A stretch of 64,000 nucleotides of DNA from Anthoceros angustus (GCA_010909165.1 VJWM01000011.1:1364001-1428000); one strand, 5' to 3'; counted from the first letter of the stretch, positions 22,450 through 35,517 are shown. Translations and numbers: made by a program. The notes: generated by a model not told the origin, from the sequence alone.

Positions 22450-24674
22450 TCAACCAGTATGCACAGGGTTGAGAACAGGGTGAGGAGGATTGTGCCGGCT
22501 CCATGCTACTTGCACAACAGCCGCCTCTAGGAATTGCAAGGCAGGTGTACCTGCTTTCACGCATCTGGGAGTTTTGTACTGCCACGTTGATGCTCCCAGC
22601 GTGGCCCCAGTCCGCTGGGCCAGCTCCCGGAAGCTTCCAGACTCCACAATGCGCAGCTCCAAAGGAGCAATTGTCCCGATATTCCGTCCTCTCCTGTATG
22701 GCTCACTCAGTGCCGCTTCGATTGCGTTGCAGCATTTCTCCAGTTGAGCCATACTCACAGCCTGCCCGTCTGGCTGGATGAGTTCCCAGAAAATAACGTA
22801 ATGGCCAGGGATGGAGGCCACGCTTGCCGCACTGCTATAGTCAACCAGCTGGACATCTGGTGGGAGTTCCTGCTTGGCGGCAGCGATCAGCACGCGCATG
22901 AGCTCTAATTCCTCTGTTTTGTCCGTGCTGATGCTCAGAATCACGTTCTTCCTACCCATAATCCTGACCAAGGGAGTTGAGTGGTAAAACCCCACGCATT
23001 TCACAATGTCCCCAATCCGGTATCTCCACAAACCTGCACCACAGGTCAAAGCAAACCATGATGACGAGCAAACTCTTTCGTCACTGTTCACCAACCGGGA
23101 AGAGATGAGTAGATCTTTAGCCTTACCATCCACTCACCAGCGAAATTGGTGACCACCAATTCATACTGTCGTCCCTCCCTGACAGCTGCGAGGTCAATCG
23201 GCTCGAGGACGCTCTGCACGGATTGCTCCTCATCCAGCTCAAGGAACTCAAAGTAAACAACATCCGTCATTAAAGCGTAGGCAACCTCCCTTGGAGGGAC
23301 ATTGAGATTGCTATTGATCCCCAAGTAGCCTTCTGATGCACCATAAACTTGCGACCAAATTTGGATCTGACCCCCAGTGAGGAACTCTACGTGGTCGACA
23401 TACTGCTCCATGGAGCCAGTGGTAATGCAAGTCACCAACTTCACATTTGGCCAGAGTCGAGGTATGATGCCCTTCCACGACTCCTTACTGCATTCCTTTC
23501 TGATAGAGCGAGCAACATCCTTATCAGCGTTCATCAGCAGCCTAGACAAGGATGCACGGAGGGCAGCATCTGTGATACGGCTGCTCAGCTTGCCTTCTTC
23601 TATGTCACTGCATATCTCCTCCCACCACTGCTTGAGGTTGCCGAAGACATTGGCCACACCTGAAGCAAATGCCACACTTATTTCACTCACCTGCGGGGAG
23701 TGGATCAAGCCGCAGACAAGATGGCAGTAGATTGCCTGTTCGTAGTCGTCGCAAAGGATAACCTCTATCGGACTTGTCAGCACCTTGGACAAGTCTAAAT
23801 CCGTTGGTGCGTTGCCAAATCTCTTCTTTAGAAGGCAAGTTACTACTGTCCCCACTTTCAGGCCCCCTGGACTGCTTGACTGTGTGCCTATCGAATATAA
23901 CAGCATTCGCGGGCCCGACGCCTTGCCTGTGATTTCTCGATCTGCATGTCTGAGCCACATTTGAAATAGGATGTGCGGTTATTTCACGGTATGCATCACT
24001 CTTCTTCTCAAAATTGATGCTCGCAAGCAAGATGCAAATACTTAGCCTAGCTAGCTAACCCTGGGCCGGGGTTGCAATTACTAGCTAGCCAGCCCTATAA
24101 TGTGTAGCCTTAACCGAGATGTCTCCAGGAACAAGATTGCAAGGTTCTTTGTCACAGCTTACTGCTCAAAAACTTCAAGGTAGGAAAAATATCGGTCGGT
24201 GGCCTCTTGCTGCGACGCAGTAACCGGGAAGGCCTTGCGCTTGCCTGCGGATGTTCCCGAACTGCTCACCAGGAAACAAGAATATCGTTACTTCAGGCAC
24301 GGATGGAAAAAAAAAATCACAAACCACTGGAAATGCTTTCTTCAAGAAGAAGGACATGGAAACACTACTGCGCACTCCCTTTGCTCACGAGCAGTTCAGC
24401 ACCTGACAAAAAATTCAGTAGTATCCTCGGAACACAAAATGTGAGCAGTGTGATCTTGCATCAGCCGCTCAATGTCGTCAGCCACCGCATCGTAATCGAT
24501 CACCGGAATACAGGAGCGGAAGGACTCCAAGTCGGTTCTGCCATTGAGCCCGTGCCTTCGGAGGTACTCGCAGTCCGCGTTCTTGCGGAGCAAATTCTCC
24601 AGCAGCTTACTTTGCACTTCCCCTGCGTTCTCCACCGAATTGAGCAACGATGCGGCAACCGCAGATGCCGCCAT
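22450..24674 (-). CDS. GH3: GH3 family acyl-acid amido synthetase, 4 exons, apparently intact
   Basis: Exons 24674-24403, ~24260-24158, 23949-23138 and 23033-22450, with GT-AG introns in consistent phase. Motifs: EVQSKLLENLLRKNADCEYL, SSGTSAGKRK, YGASEG and GLWRYRIGD. Confidence 0.92.
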
Positions 24675-25357
24675 GTTCCAGAGCGCAGCCCCGTTCGAGG
24701 CTGGATGCTCATGACACAAAGCCCCAGCCTCATATACATTTCACCTTCCCCGTTCTTTCCTGAGCAGTCTAGGCCACGGCTCCTCCTCTCCATTAAAAAA
24801 TCTTATACACCGGCTCCTCGATATCTCGGATCCTTCTGAATTGCATGATAGAGGACGCTTGTGGTGCGCATCGCCGTCGTCTGCGCCGGACCGGGACGGG
24901 CTGACGAGAACATTATTCACCTGATTCAACTGTCTGTTTGTCGGACATGCAGTCTTCCTCGTCGTCCTCCGAAGCCACTGCATTCTTACATTGCGCGCCT
25001 CGTGTTCCCCACAAAACGCACCTCAACCCTCAACAACAAAAAAAACGCACCTCCGCATCTTCCAGAGATTCGCCGGCCAACGGCTGTAATTTGTCATCTG
25101 TTCACATTACAGTTGTGGGCCTCCCGATTCCCCAGTCCCAAGCTTTCATCACCTGTCCTTGCTCGCAACGTCGCCACACGCGCTGAACGAATGGCAGCAG
25201 CCTGAAGGAAAGCGGAAGGGAACCGTCGAAGCAGCTTCCCATTCATAGATGTGGTGCGAATCCCCGTTCCCACGATGGCGTTCTCGTTCGCATATAAACG
25301 AGCTGCTGCTGCCTGGCCGGCCACGACTCTGTAATCTAAACGTTGCGGCCCGGAACA

Positions 25358-26815
25358 ATGGCGAGAACACGGGCTGCTTGGCTGCCTGTCCTTGCATTCC
25401 TGGCGCTGCTGGCCGCACCTGGGGAAGGCTATGCGGCCTCCAACTGCTCGGCCTCATTCACGGCCACTACGTGCCCGAATCCCCCGACCGTCCGGGGCTT
25501 CGATCTCTCTGCGTACGTCGGGAAGTGGTACGAGATCGGCAGCACGGCCAGGTTCAAGCTGGGCACCGAGTCCGGCTTGGTCTGCATCTTCGCCAACTAC
25601 ACCCTGGCCGAGGCCCCCACGCCCACCCAGGGCGCTAATGTCACCGTCGTCAATTCGAGCTTTCAGGTACAACATTGGCGAATTCAGGACGTACTGGGTT
25701 CCTTGTGTGAGACCTTGAGGGGCGAGGCCTTGTTTCGGTTTCACTAACAAGCATGTCGATTGACGACTTGGAGTGGGTGATCTCTTGCAGGTGTTGGGCC
25801 CGATAGCTTCTCAAGGAGTGGCGTTGATCCAGGCCAGCCTGCAGGAGATCTGTTCTGCAGCCCGAGCATTGTGCTCCGCGGTTGGTCCAGTCGGGCCCAT
25901 CTCGCAGGCCGTTGCGCAGGTGAAAAAGGTGAGATCTGGCCTCGTCGGGCAGGACGCCCAGACTCTTGCTTCCGCGGTTGCCAACATTTCCGAGGCGCTG
26001 GCGTCCTTGCAAGACCTGGTGAGTCCCCTGTCGGAGAAGGTGAAGGCAGCTACCATCCAGGCCGGGGCGCTGAGCCAGGCAATCGGGAGCAAGGCCGGGA
26101 GCTTGAAGGAGTTCTCCGACATTGCCAAGGGTTTGGAAACTGGAGTGTTTAGCACTCTGAAGACTGTGGGGAAGATCTCACGTGCCCGAGAGCAGATTAT
26201 CTCGGTACGCCGCAGCTCCTGTTCTCCAACTGTGTTGCAGCTGTAGTGAGTGCTCTTCTCACATGACTTGGGGTGCGGCAGGTTGCCAACAAGCTGCTGG
26301 CTGGATCTCCGAGCGACGCGGAAGCAGCCTTCTTGCTAACCCTCGCCGGTACCCAGATCTGGGCTCAAGAAGAGGCCATCAGTTTGCAGAACGTGGAGAT
26401 CGCTTTGGGGAGCCAGAAGCTCCTGGATGTTGCCGAGGACCTGGTGGCAGCGGACAATTCCAGCCCGTCGCAGCGCTCCTCCCTCACTGGATTTGCAGAG
26501 CAGAGTGTCTCGGATCCCGCCAAGCTCAACGTCTTCTTCCCCATCCCTGGAGAGCCGCTCACATCAGGACCTTACTGGGTTGTGGCCATCACTGGGGAGG
26601 CAAGCCAGGGCTACCAGGCTGCCCTCGTCTTCTCGTGCACCCAGTTGTCCGAAGGGGAGGTAGACACCGGCCTTTTCATCCTGTCCAGAACCCCGACATT
26701 GTCCCCGAATGTGACCAACTCCCTGTTAGCAAAGGCAGAGGAACTCGGATTCAACTTTAGCTGCGATAATCCTTTCCTCTTCACTGTACAGGATCATCCA
26801 AACTGCCAAAATTGA
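25358..26815 (+). CDS. Secreted lipocalin (ApoD/Blc-like) with ~200-aa helical insertion, 3 exons, ~418 aa
   Basis: Signal peptide, then GFDLSAYVGKWYEIG (SCR1) and CIFANYTL..VTVVN. C-terminal AKLNVFF..GPYWVV..YQAALVFSC..LFILSRTP..GF..Q..C. Exons 25358-25666, 25791-26204 and 26282-26815, all phase 0 with GT-AG. Confidence 0.82.
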
Positions 26816-28149
26816 CTCCTGTAGAAGGAGGGCACTCGTGCATATATCTCACGTGTCACAGCAACGCAGTACCATGTACTGCCTATCAACACACCCTTCG
26901 GGTCTCCAGCATTCGCTTGGTTTTCCGGTATCTTTTCTTCCAGGACTTCTGGGAGACCTTTACTCCACTGCTGGCAAAGAGTCTCGCCTTGAACACCAGG
27001 CAAGGTCAGCAATGACACTCATGTGAGCAGCCCGGCAGAGGAATAATAACAGGCCTGTACCTCGGATTCATCTACCCCAACAGAGTGAACTGCTAACAAG
27101 TTCTCCCCAAGGAATTTTATGTTGTCAAGGTGAGTAACACGTCCCGTGTTGCACATTCCGAGTGTCCCCCACCCACTCGTTCTCGAATGGTATCTCAGCC
27201 ACATGCTGTTCCGCGATGTCAAGATCAGTGGACGGAACCTCAATGTGGAATCCAGGCAACCAACAGTCCATGGGAGTCTGCCGGTACCATGTGGATTCCA
27301 GTGTTATTCTGATCCGCGGCCTGTTTCGTCCGGAACAACAGGTTGTCAGTGGCGTTCAGAATCTGCCATCTGCCTTAGGGCCAAACAGAGAATCCTCCTT
27401 TGGCCGAACAGAGCTGGTCCTTGGGATTACAGACTGCTGCAGGCCAACTGCGATGGACTGACCTGTGGTGTTGGAAGTGAAAGGTACTGGAGTCCTGTGC
27501 ATGGCTTGTGGCACAATTCATGAGTCGTGGTAAGCAAAAGGCACTGGAGTCCTTTGCATGGCTGGTGGCACAATTCATGACTCGTCCTTCTGTCACACGG
27601 AAACTCGGTGCCGTATGTGATGCTGCGTACATCCCATCTAAGGAGGGTTAGCTTGGACAGGCATTGGGCTGGTCGACTTAGAGGTTTGGGCCATGAAGTT
27701 CTATTCCAGGGATGTAGACGTCCAACCACCTGTGAGAGCTAGGTCTTGTATTCCAAGGAAGGCCCTCCTGAGGATGCGCTAGTGTAAAACACAGCACATT
27801 GTCAAAACAGGGCTCAGCCTGGAGTTGAACACTTCTTTTCGGACCTTAATGGCCTGCTGCCCTTCAGGACGTATAAGCAGAAGCAAGAAGGAGGTGTCCA
27901 GCCGCCGCATATTAGGCACACCTGTTCTTGGGGTGCTATAAGCGTGCAGGAGCTTAGCAGACCTGCGGCACAATTCATGGGATAGGCTCGTCCATGCGTG
28001 TGTGAGCTGCGAGGGAATTTGAGAGGCTGGAGATGTGTTTCATAGAACAGTGTGTAAGAAATATGGCCAGTCTCTGAGAGCTGGTTTGAAATTGCGCAGG
28101 AGGGTCACAATGTTCAAGGCGTACCCAACAAGAGTGTGCCGAATCACAG

Positions 28150-29750
28150 CACCAGGACGTACAGGCATTGACTTTACGAACCTATGTAAAGGGTGCCTCA
28201 TCCAGTTGGCCTGCACGGCCCAGGACATCTCCCATGTACATATTTGTAGTGCTGCACCGTCGGGGTGATGCCGTAGTACGTGAGAATACTAGAATGGGCT
28301 GCCTCGGACTCCATATAATCACATCGTGTGATTAGATCGATACAGACAAGGCAGCCATGGAACACTCTCTGAGCATCCTGTAAGCTGCCACACTTCGCAT
28401 ACATGCTTACCAAACTGTTGCCGATAAACACATCACCTTGATGGCCTCGTTCTCTGATTTGCACATAAAGCTGCTTCCCCTTCTCCAAAGCTGGGGATCC
28501 CACATTTCCACATGCCCGCAGTAGGGACAGAAGTGTCAGATATCCTGCTCATTTTCTTGCAGAGCTCTGTAAAGATGAAGCGCCTCTTGGCCCTTGCCCT
28601 GCTGGGAATACAGAAATATCATGGTATTCCACGTCACCACATCTTTTGTCCCGAGTGCATCAAATACTCTTCGGCAGTCTTCCAAGCTGCCACACTTTGA
28701 ATACATGTTTACCAAACCATTGGCTACGAGCATATCAGTTTCATGTCCTCCTTCGTGAATTTGTGTACGAAGCAGCTTCCCCTTCTCCAATGCAGGGGGA
28801 CCCACTCCGGCACAAGCCTGCAAGAGGGACACAAATGTCACGGAATTGGGTATAGCAACGCCTTCTTCTTGCATGACACCATAGAGGTAAAGGGTTTCTT
28901 GGCACCATCCATGTTAAGATACCCTGCAATTAGAACGGTCCATGTTACCACATCTTTTCGGACAAGGCCATCACACATTCTCTGTCCATGCTCCCACACT
29001 TTGCATACATGTTTATCGAACTGTTTGCGACAAACACATCAGCCTGATATCCTCGTTCCCTACTTTGTGCATGGAGCTTCTTCCCCTTCTCCAAAGCTGG
29101 GCTGCCTACATTTGCACATGCTTGCAGGAGGGACACAAACGCCACAGCATTCGGTACAGCGATGCCTTCTGCTTCCATTGTACTGTAGAGACGAAAGCCT
29201 TCATTTTGCATACATGTTTACCAAGCTATTCCAGACAAACAAGTGAGGCTCCGCCCCAATGGCCAACACATCAGAATGCACCTGCTTCCCCTTGCACAAG
29301 CCTGAAGGGCTGCCACAAACACATGCCCATCCGGCTCGACACTTGACCTGCCCATCTCATAATACAGTTCTAAGGCCTGCTTGTCCTCTCCATTTTTAAC
29401 ATGCGCAGAAATTATGGAAGACCACATAAAGGCATTTGGTTCGGCAACCATGGTGAACACATCCATCGCGTCTTGCAACCTACCATGCGAGGTATACATC
29501 CGCAGTATGTGGTTGCACAGGAACGTATCCAACTGGTACCCCTTTTCACGATCAAAGAATGGAGGCGGCGACCCGAAATAAGATATTTCTTCAACAAACA
29601 CTCCTTCAGGACAGTACAGAAAAGAGCTGTGTTAATAAAACACTCTGTCTGCACCATCACTCCCAAAGCCTCGACAGCCTCAGCGAGGTAACCCTCACGA
29701 CACAGCCTGCGAACAAATCTCAAACGGAGGAATGGTCTCTTGGAACTATT
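28150..29750 (-). pseudogene. Degraded PLS-class PPR pseudogene
   Basis: FVRRLCREGYLAEAVEAL N-terminus, NHILRMY, repeated MYAKCGSL and DVVTW. Many deletions and frameshifts. Confidence 0.85.
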
Positions 29751-29799
29751 GCGGATTGTAATGTCTGTTGTATTATAACATCGTTATTTATCGCAATTC

Positions 29800-31995
29800 T
29801 TCTATCGGCTACCAAAAACCTATGTACGACACGTTCACCGTCTGCCCACCAGCTCTGACCGGCCTGCTTCCGAGCCCTGATTCTCCTTCTCATGGCCTGC
29901 ATCTTCCTTGGCCGCTCCCACATCTGCCGCACACACTCTGTGAGCACTTTCCAGGCTGCCACATTTCGCATGCAGGTTCACCAAACTGTTGGCTACAAAG
30001 ACATCGGTTTCATGACCTCCTTCTTGGATTTCTTAATGAAGCTGCTTACCCTTCTCCAGAGCCCGGGTGCCAACACTAGCACATGCCTGGAGGAGGCACA
30101 CAGATGTCACAGAATTGGGTACAGCCATGCTCTCTTCTTGCATAACACTGTAGACAAGAAGGGCTTCTTGGCCCATGCCCTGCTGGGAATACCCTTCTAT
30201 CATGACATTCCATGTCACGATGTCTTTCTGAGCAAGTCCGTCAAATAGTCTGTGTGCATCTTCCAAGCTGCCGCACTTGGCGTACATGTTTTGGAGAAGC
30301 AGATGCATGCTCAAATCAAAGAACGAGGACATCAAGATGGCATGTTTGTAGCCAGTAGTTTCTAAAGCTGGGCTGCCCACACTGGCACATGCCTGAAGAA
30401 GGCAAACAGATGTCACACATTTGGGTGAAGTGATTCCTTCTGCTTGCATACCACCGTAAAGAAGAAGGGCTTCCTGGCCGATGCCCTGCTGGGAATACCC
30501 CGATATCAGGGCATTCCACGTAACCACATCTTTTTGGCCAAGTCCATCAAACACCGTTTGAGCTTCTTCCAAGCTGCCACACTTTGCATACATCTTAACC
30601 AAACTGCTTTCTACTAACACATCAGCTTGAAAACCTTGTTCTCTAATCTGTGCATGACGCTCTCTCCCTTTCTCCAACGCTAGGGTGCCCATGCTTGCAC
30701 ATGCCTGCAGGAGGCACACTAAAGTTATGGAGTTGGTTGCATTGATCCGCTCTTCTTGCACAGCTGTGTATAGATGAAGGGCTTCTTTGCCCATGCCCTG
30801 CTGGGAATATCCTGCGATCATGGCAGTCCACGTCACCACATCTTTTTGACCAAGTCCATCAAACAGTCTCTGGGCATCCTCAAGGCTGCCACATTTCGCA
30901 TACACGTATACCAAACTGTTGGCCACAAACACGTCTCCTTCTTGCCCTCCCTCTACAGTCTGCTCGTGAAGCCGCTTTCCCATCTCAAGGCTGGTGTGCC
31001 CACACTAGCACATGCTTGCAGAAGGCAAACAAATGTCACAGGATTGGGCACAGCGATACCTTCTTGTTGCATAACACTGTAGAGGTGAAGGGCTTCTTGG
31101 CCCATGCCCTTCTGGGAATATCCTGCGATCAGGGCCGTCCACGTCACCACATCTTATAGACCAAGACCGTCAAACACTCTTCGAGCATCCTCTAGGCTGC
31201 CACATTTTGCATACATTGTTACCAAACTGTGTTGCCCACACACTGGCACATGACTGTAGCACGCACACAAATGTGACAGAATCGGGTACAGCGATCCCTT
31301 CTCCTTGCATACAACTGTGAACACTAAGGGCTTCTTGGCCCATGCCCTGCTGGGAGTACCCTGCAATCATAGCATTTCACGTCACCACATCCTTCTGCAC
31401 AAGACCGACAAAGACTCTTCGTGTTTCTTCTAAGCTGCGACACTTTGCATACAGGTTCGCCAACCCGCTGCCTACAAACGCATTGGCTTGGTGTCCTCGT
31501 TCTGTGACTTGTGCGTGGACCTGCTTCCCCATCTCCAAAGCCGGAGTGCCCACACTGGCACATGCCTGTAGGAGGCAGAGGAATGTCACAGCATTGGGTA
31601 CCGCCCTGTAAAGAGAAAGGGCTTCCTGACCCCTGCCTGCTGGGAATACCCTGCAATTAGAGCAGTCCATGTCACCACATCTTTCTGCCCAAGTCTGTCA
31701 GACATGTCCACGAAGCAGCTAGAGACAAACAAATCAAGCTGAGCGCCCTGCTGCCCAGCTTTCAAGTCAGACCCCCTTGCACAAGCCTGCCTGCTTGTCT
31801 TGTCCGTGTTTCACATGCGCAGAAATTATGGAATGCCACAAGAAGGCACCTGGTTCGGCAACCATGGTGACCTACCACAAGGAGGCATCTGGTTCGGCAA
31901 CCATGGTGAACACATCCATTGCGTCCTGCAACGTGCCATGCGAGGCGACTCATGGACGTGGCGACCCAGAACAAGAATTCTCTTCGCCACACATT
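29800..31995 (-). pseudogene. Degraded PLS PPR pseudogene (paralogue of 46917-49441) ending in E+/PG-box-like remnant; 5' end truncated
   Basis: PLS triplets of ~306 bp and C-terminal MRRRIRARKQAGQSW..VVHRFLVADR. Contains a 66-bp inversion (30296-30361), a ~39-bp tandem duplication (~31850-31905) and deletions. Joined to unrelated sequence at 31995. Confidence 0.87.
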
Positions 31996-32285
31996 CCATC
32001 GTGCTCGGTGATGTCGGTGCCCCGATTGTCGTTCTGAAGGAAAACGAGGAGTGTGGAGAAGATTTGTTGGCAGGGTACGACCCGCAAGGGCTGCTCACCT
32101 GGCAGCTGAGTTCGGTGGGGAGTGGAGTGAGCAGGAGTGAGCAGAGCATGCTGACATTCTACGGGGCCTGGCCAATGCGGAAGAATGTCGTCTAAAACTA
32201 AAGCAACATGACTTGAAAGCGTGACAAATGCCACGAGAGTCACATTCGCCCTAGGCTCTAGGTATAGCTCTCATCCAGATCCTAA

Positions 32286-32490
32286 TACAAGGAGATTCAA
32301 GCCTTCATTCCTCCTACAAGGACATTCAAGCCAGCATTCCTCCTACAAGGACATTCAAGCCAGCATTCCTCCTACAAGGAGATTCAAGCCAGCATTCCTC
32401 CTACAAAGAGATCCAAGTTATCATTCCTCCTACAAGGAAATTCAAGCCAGCAGGCCAGCATTCCTCCGCCAAGGAGATCCAAGCCAGCAT
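32286..32490. repeat. 29-bp minisatellite (about 7 units) downstream of the dirigent gene
   Basis: CAAGGACATTCAAGCCAGCATTCCTCCTA variants; duplicated at ~61515-61725. Confidence 0.88.
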
Positions 32491-32647
32491 TCCTCCTACT
32501 GCTCTGAAGCACCGGGCAGGCAGACGCTTCAACCTCCACCAAGGGAGTACAACCTACAACCGGTGCGTCACTCAGAAGTGCAAGAGCTCAGCTCAGAGTT
32601 AGTCAGCACATCACTGACGACATGACATGGAGGCAGCCAGCCGACAT

Positions 32648-33212
32648 TCAGGATCCATAACCACCGTAATAGACGGAATTAGTGAAGTTAAAGACGGCGG
32701 TGTAGTTGACAATCTTGACGACGGAAAGCGAGCCCAGCCTCGGGCGAGCCTGAAGTCCCCGGTGCCTCCGACGATGGCGATCTCCCGCACCTTGGTACGG
32801 GTGTAGTCGTGGCCGCGGTACGAGAGAGTACTGTCCGAGGTGAATCCGCTCTTTTGTTGAAGATGGCGGTGAAGACGAACTCCAAAGCGGGGCGCCCACC
32901 AGGCCGTCCACACGTAAAGGCCCTTGGCCTTGCCAATAGTCGTGGAACTGGGGTCGGGGCCCTGCGTCAATGGGTCGTCCATCACCACCATGCCGCCCAC
33001 GAGCGGCTTCCTTTCGAGGAAAGGTTTCGGGGATGCCTTGCAAGGAGGCACCGCGAAAAGGCAGTAGCATTAGGCGCCAGGAGATCGTCGTGCATGAAGT
33101 AACTGAATTCCACGAAATTCTCTTTTCCCGCCCAGCACGGCTGCACCCAGGATCCGCTCGCCAAAAGGAGGAGGAGAGCTGTGGTCGCCATCGCCATCGC
33201 CCCCACCCGCAT
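32648..33212 (-). CDS. DIR: Dirigent protein, intronless (frameshifted in this copy, probably a sequence error)
   Basis: Near-identical to the intact ORF at 61873-62445, differing by 1-3 bp deletions. Confidence 0.8.
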
Positions 33213-34251
33213 CCGATGCCTCTTGACGCCCAAGAAAGTGCAAGTGCACCCACTTCTCATGCCTCTGTCGACGCTCAAGGAGTAGGCTCTCTGGGCTCAG
33301 CCAATGCAGCTTTAATGGACCAGCTGCAGCTGCGGGACGTGCTTGTGACTCGAGGACTAAAGCGGCATATACGACCAGTCACAGTGAACTGCCACACTCC
33401 AAACTCGCTTTTGGTGTCCGAGACATCCTCATCCTCATCCTCACCCTCATGCATGTGGTGTCATGCATTTCCTGTCTTGTTGCATTTCCTGTGTTGCTGC
33501 ATTTCCTGTCTTGTTGCATTTCCTACCTTTCTGGAACTTTTCCTTCCGTTTATGTCTTATGTTGCTCTCACGCTGCATGTTGCTCTCATCTGTTGACCAT
33601 GTATGTTATGTTGCTCTGTTCACCATGGTCTGTATTGTTTTCTGGCTTTGTTGCAAGCAGGTCGGGCCATGGAGGAAGCTGATTGGGGATGCAGCTGCTC
33701 TAGTCCTAGTCCCACCCCAACGTCTTCTGGAAAGCGAGGGAGTTCACCGCCAAGCCTAGTGCCTGGTGATGAGATGAGCCCATGTTCGGGAAATCCTCGT
33801 ACTGGACACAAGCTGTGTTCACGAAGCCTTCCCTGTATGTGACTGCCACCTGCGAAGTCGTCCAACTTGGTATGTGGAACCCCTTTCTTCATCAGGTGAC
33901 TCGAAGTCAACCATGAGCATGGGTGGAAGGAGGTTGCAGGTGCCAATGCTACATTCTCCCAGTGCAGCTGACGGTCCAGGTGCAGGTGGCGATGTCCAGA
34001 TGAGGTGCAGGTGCCAATGCCACTTTCTGCGGGTGCAGTCCAGCCTCGCTATTCTGCAGCAATTTCCCATGGCCAGGTCCTGAGCACAGCTTAACTGCCC
34101 GCTGTCCAGCAGCTTTGTAGGCACTGCCATTCACCATCCAGGTCAGTCCACCAACCCTGGCCTGGCTGCTGTGAAGGCTGTGCGCGTAGCGAGGACGCGT
34201 TTGTGAGCAGCCTAGTCTTGTCCATGCACCTCCGACAGCGGTCCCTGGACG

Positions 34252-35517
34252 ATGGCCACAGCGAAGGCTCAAGCTTCTTTTCTTCTCTTTGCACGTCATT
34301 GGCTTTCAGGCGGGACCCAGCAAATTCCTGCGTGCACAGGGATTCAGCGAGGAGCTCCCACTAACCTCATCTTAGGAGTCGACCCTGGCAAGCAAAGCCT
34401 CCAGGTGCAGCAGTGTAGGAGCCCAGCACTTCCTCTTCTGAGAAAGTGTGTGGGTAGGGACGGGTTTTCCAGCGATGGGCGTTGCCAGGAGCAGGAGCAC
34501 TTGTGGCAACAATTTTCTCTGGACCCTACCATGTGGTGGGACGACAGACGAGATAAGAAGAGCTCCCGTTCTCCTGACTTCCGGCGAAAGGGGTCCAGCG
34601 AGGTGCTGTGCTTAAGCCAGCTTGGGTTGATGAGCAGCTCATTTCCTTGGATATGCAGATGGGCCATGGTGCCAGTGTGAGGAGCCCAGCACTTCCACAT
34701 CCGATCGGCCCATGCTGCCAGTGGAAGGAGCTCAGCACTTCCACATCCGATGGGCCATGGTGCCTCTCCTTCCGAGTCCAATCGGAAATGGGCGTCGTTA
34801 CTGCTGTTACCGTGAGCACGTTACGTCAGCAGGGGAAGCTTTCTGAGGCCGTTGGAGCCCTGGAATCTCTGGCGCACACAGACTCTCCCATTTCTCAGTC
34901 TCTCTTCTACACAGCGAACAAGGATTTGGTTGTGGAGCGACGAGTTCATGATCTCATTGTCAAACTTGGATAAGAGTCGTGTGCATACTTGCTCACCAGG
35001 GTGGGCGAACCAGATGCCTTCATGTGGTTTTCCATAATATCCGCATATGCCAAGCACGCGAAACCTAATGAGGCCATACAACTGTATCATGAGATGCGTA
35101 GGTCAGGAGTTAAGGCGGATGCTCACGTCTTCGTAGCTGCCCTTCAGGCTACCGACTGCATTTGCTGCCGACTTGGAATGTGGCAGAAAAGTGCGCTTAA
35201 GGTAGAGAGCACGAATGCCCGTCAGAAGCAGGAAGGAGGCCAGGTACCTCATACAAAGTTGGTGTTGAAGCTAATGTCTGAGAAGGAAAAGGAAGATGTG
35301 CTTTGCGGGCATGCTGAGAAGCTAGCTCTGGCGTTTGGTTACTTGAACACTCCGAGTGGGACACCTCTGGTGGTAACGACGAATCTACGCATGTCAGTGA
35401 CTGCCACAGTTCCACAGAGATCATGTCAAGGCTTGAACAAAGAGACATTGTGGTAAGGGAGGATACCGTGTGCATCGAATTGCAGATGGTTGTTGCAGTC
35501 GTAAAGGTCAACCGTGA
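34252..35517 (+). pseudogene. Internally deleted paralogue of the 10936 PPR gene (5' region fused to the C-half of DYW:KP, ends GQP*)
   Basis: Same MATAKA start and WWDDRRDK..PDFRRK motif. At ~35185 it jumps from the equivalent of 11959 to that of 13678 (TGC overlap). In-frame stop at ~34971. Homology to copy 1 extends upstream (33655 vs 10280) and downstream (35715 vs 14200). Confidence 0.88.

Noticed and set aside
27000-28100. ORFs and a ~57-bp duplication downstream of the lipocalin
   Set aside because: No recognisable domain, consistent splice pattern or TE hallmark; left unannotated.
31996-32195. Trypsin-like GD(S)GxP motif (LGDVGAPIVV..DLLAG)
   Set aside because: Catalytic Ser absent, match too short, and no His/Asp motifs nearby.
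32286-32490. 29-bp repeats as a CRISPR array
   Set aside because: Contiguous degenerate tandem units with no spacers.
34252-35517. Mini PDF-DYW protein acting as a trans deaminase donor
   Set aside because: In-frame stop (~34971), loss of the KP box and E domains, and a frameshift at the CxxC motif; a pseudogene is more parsimonious.
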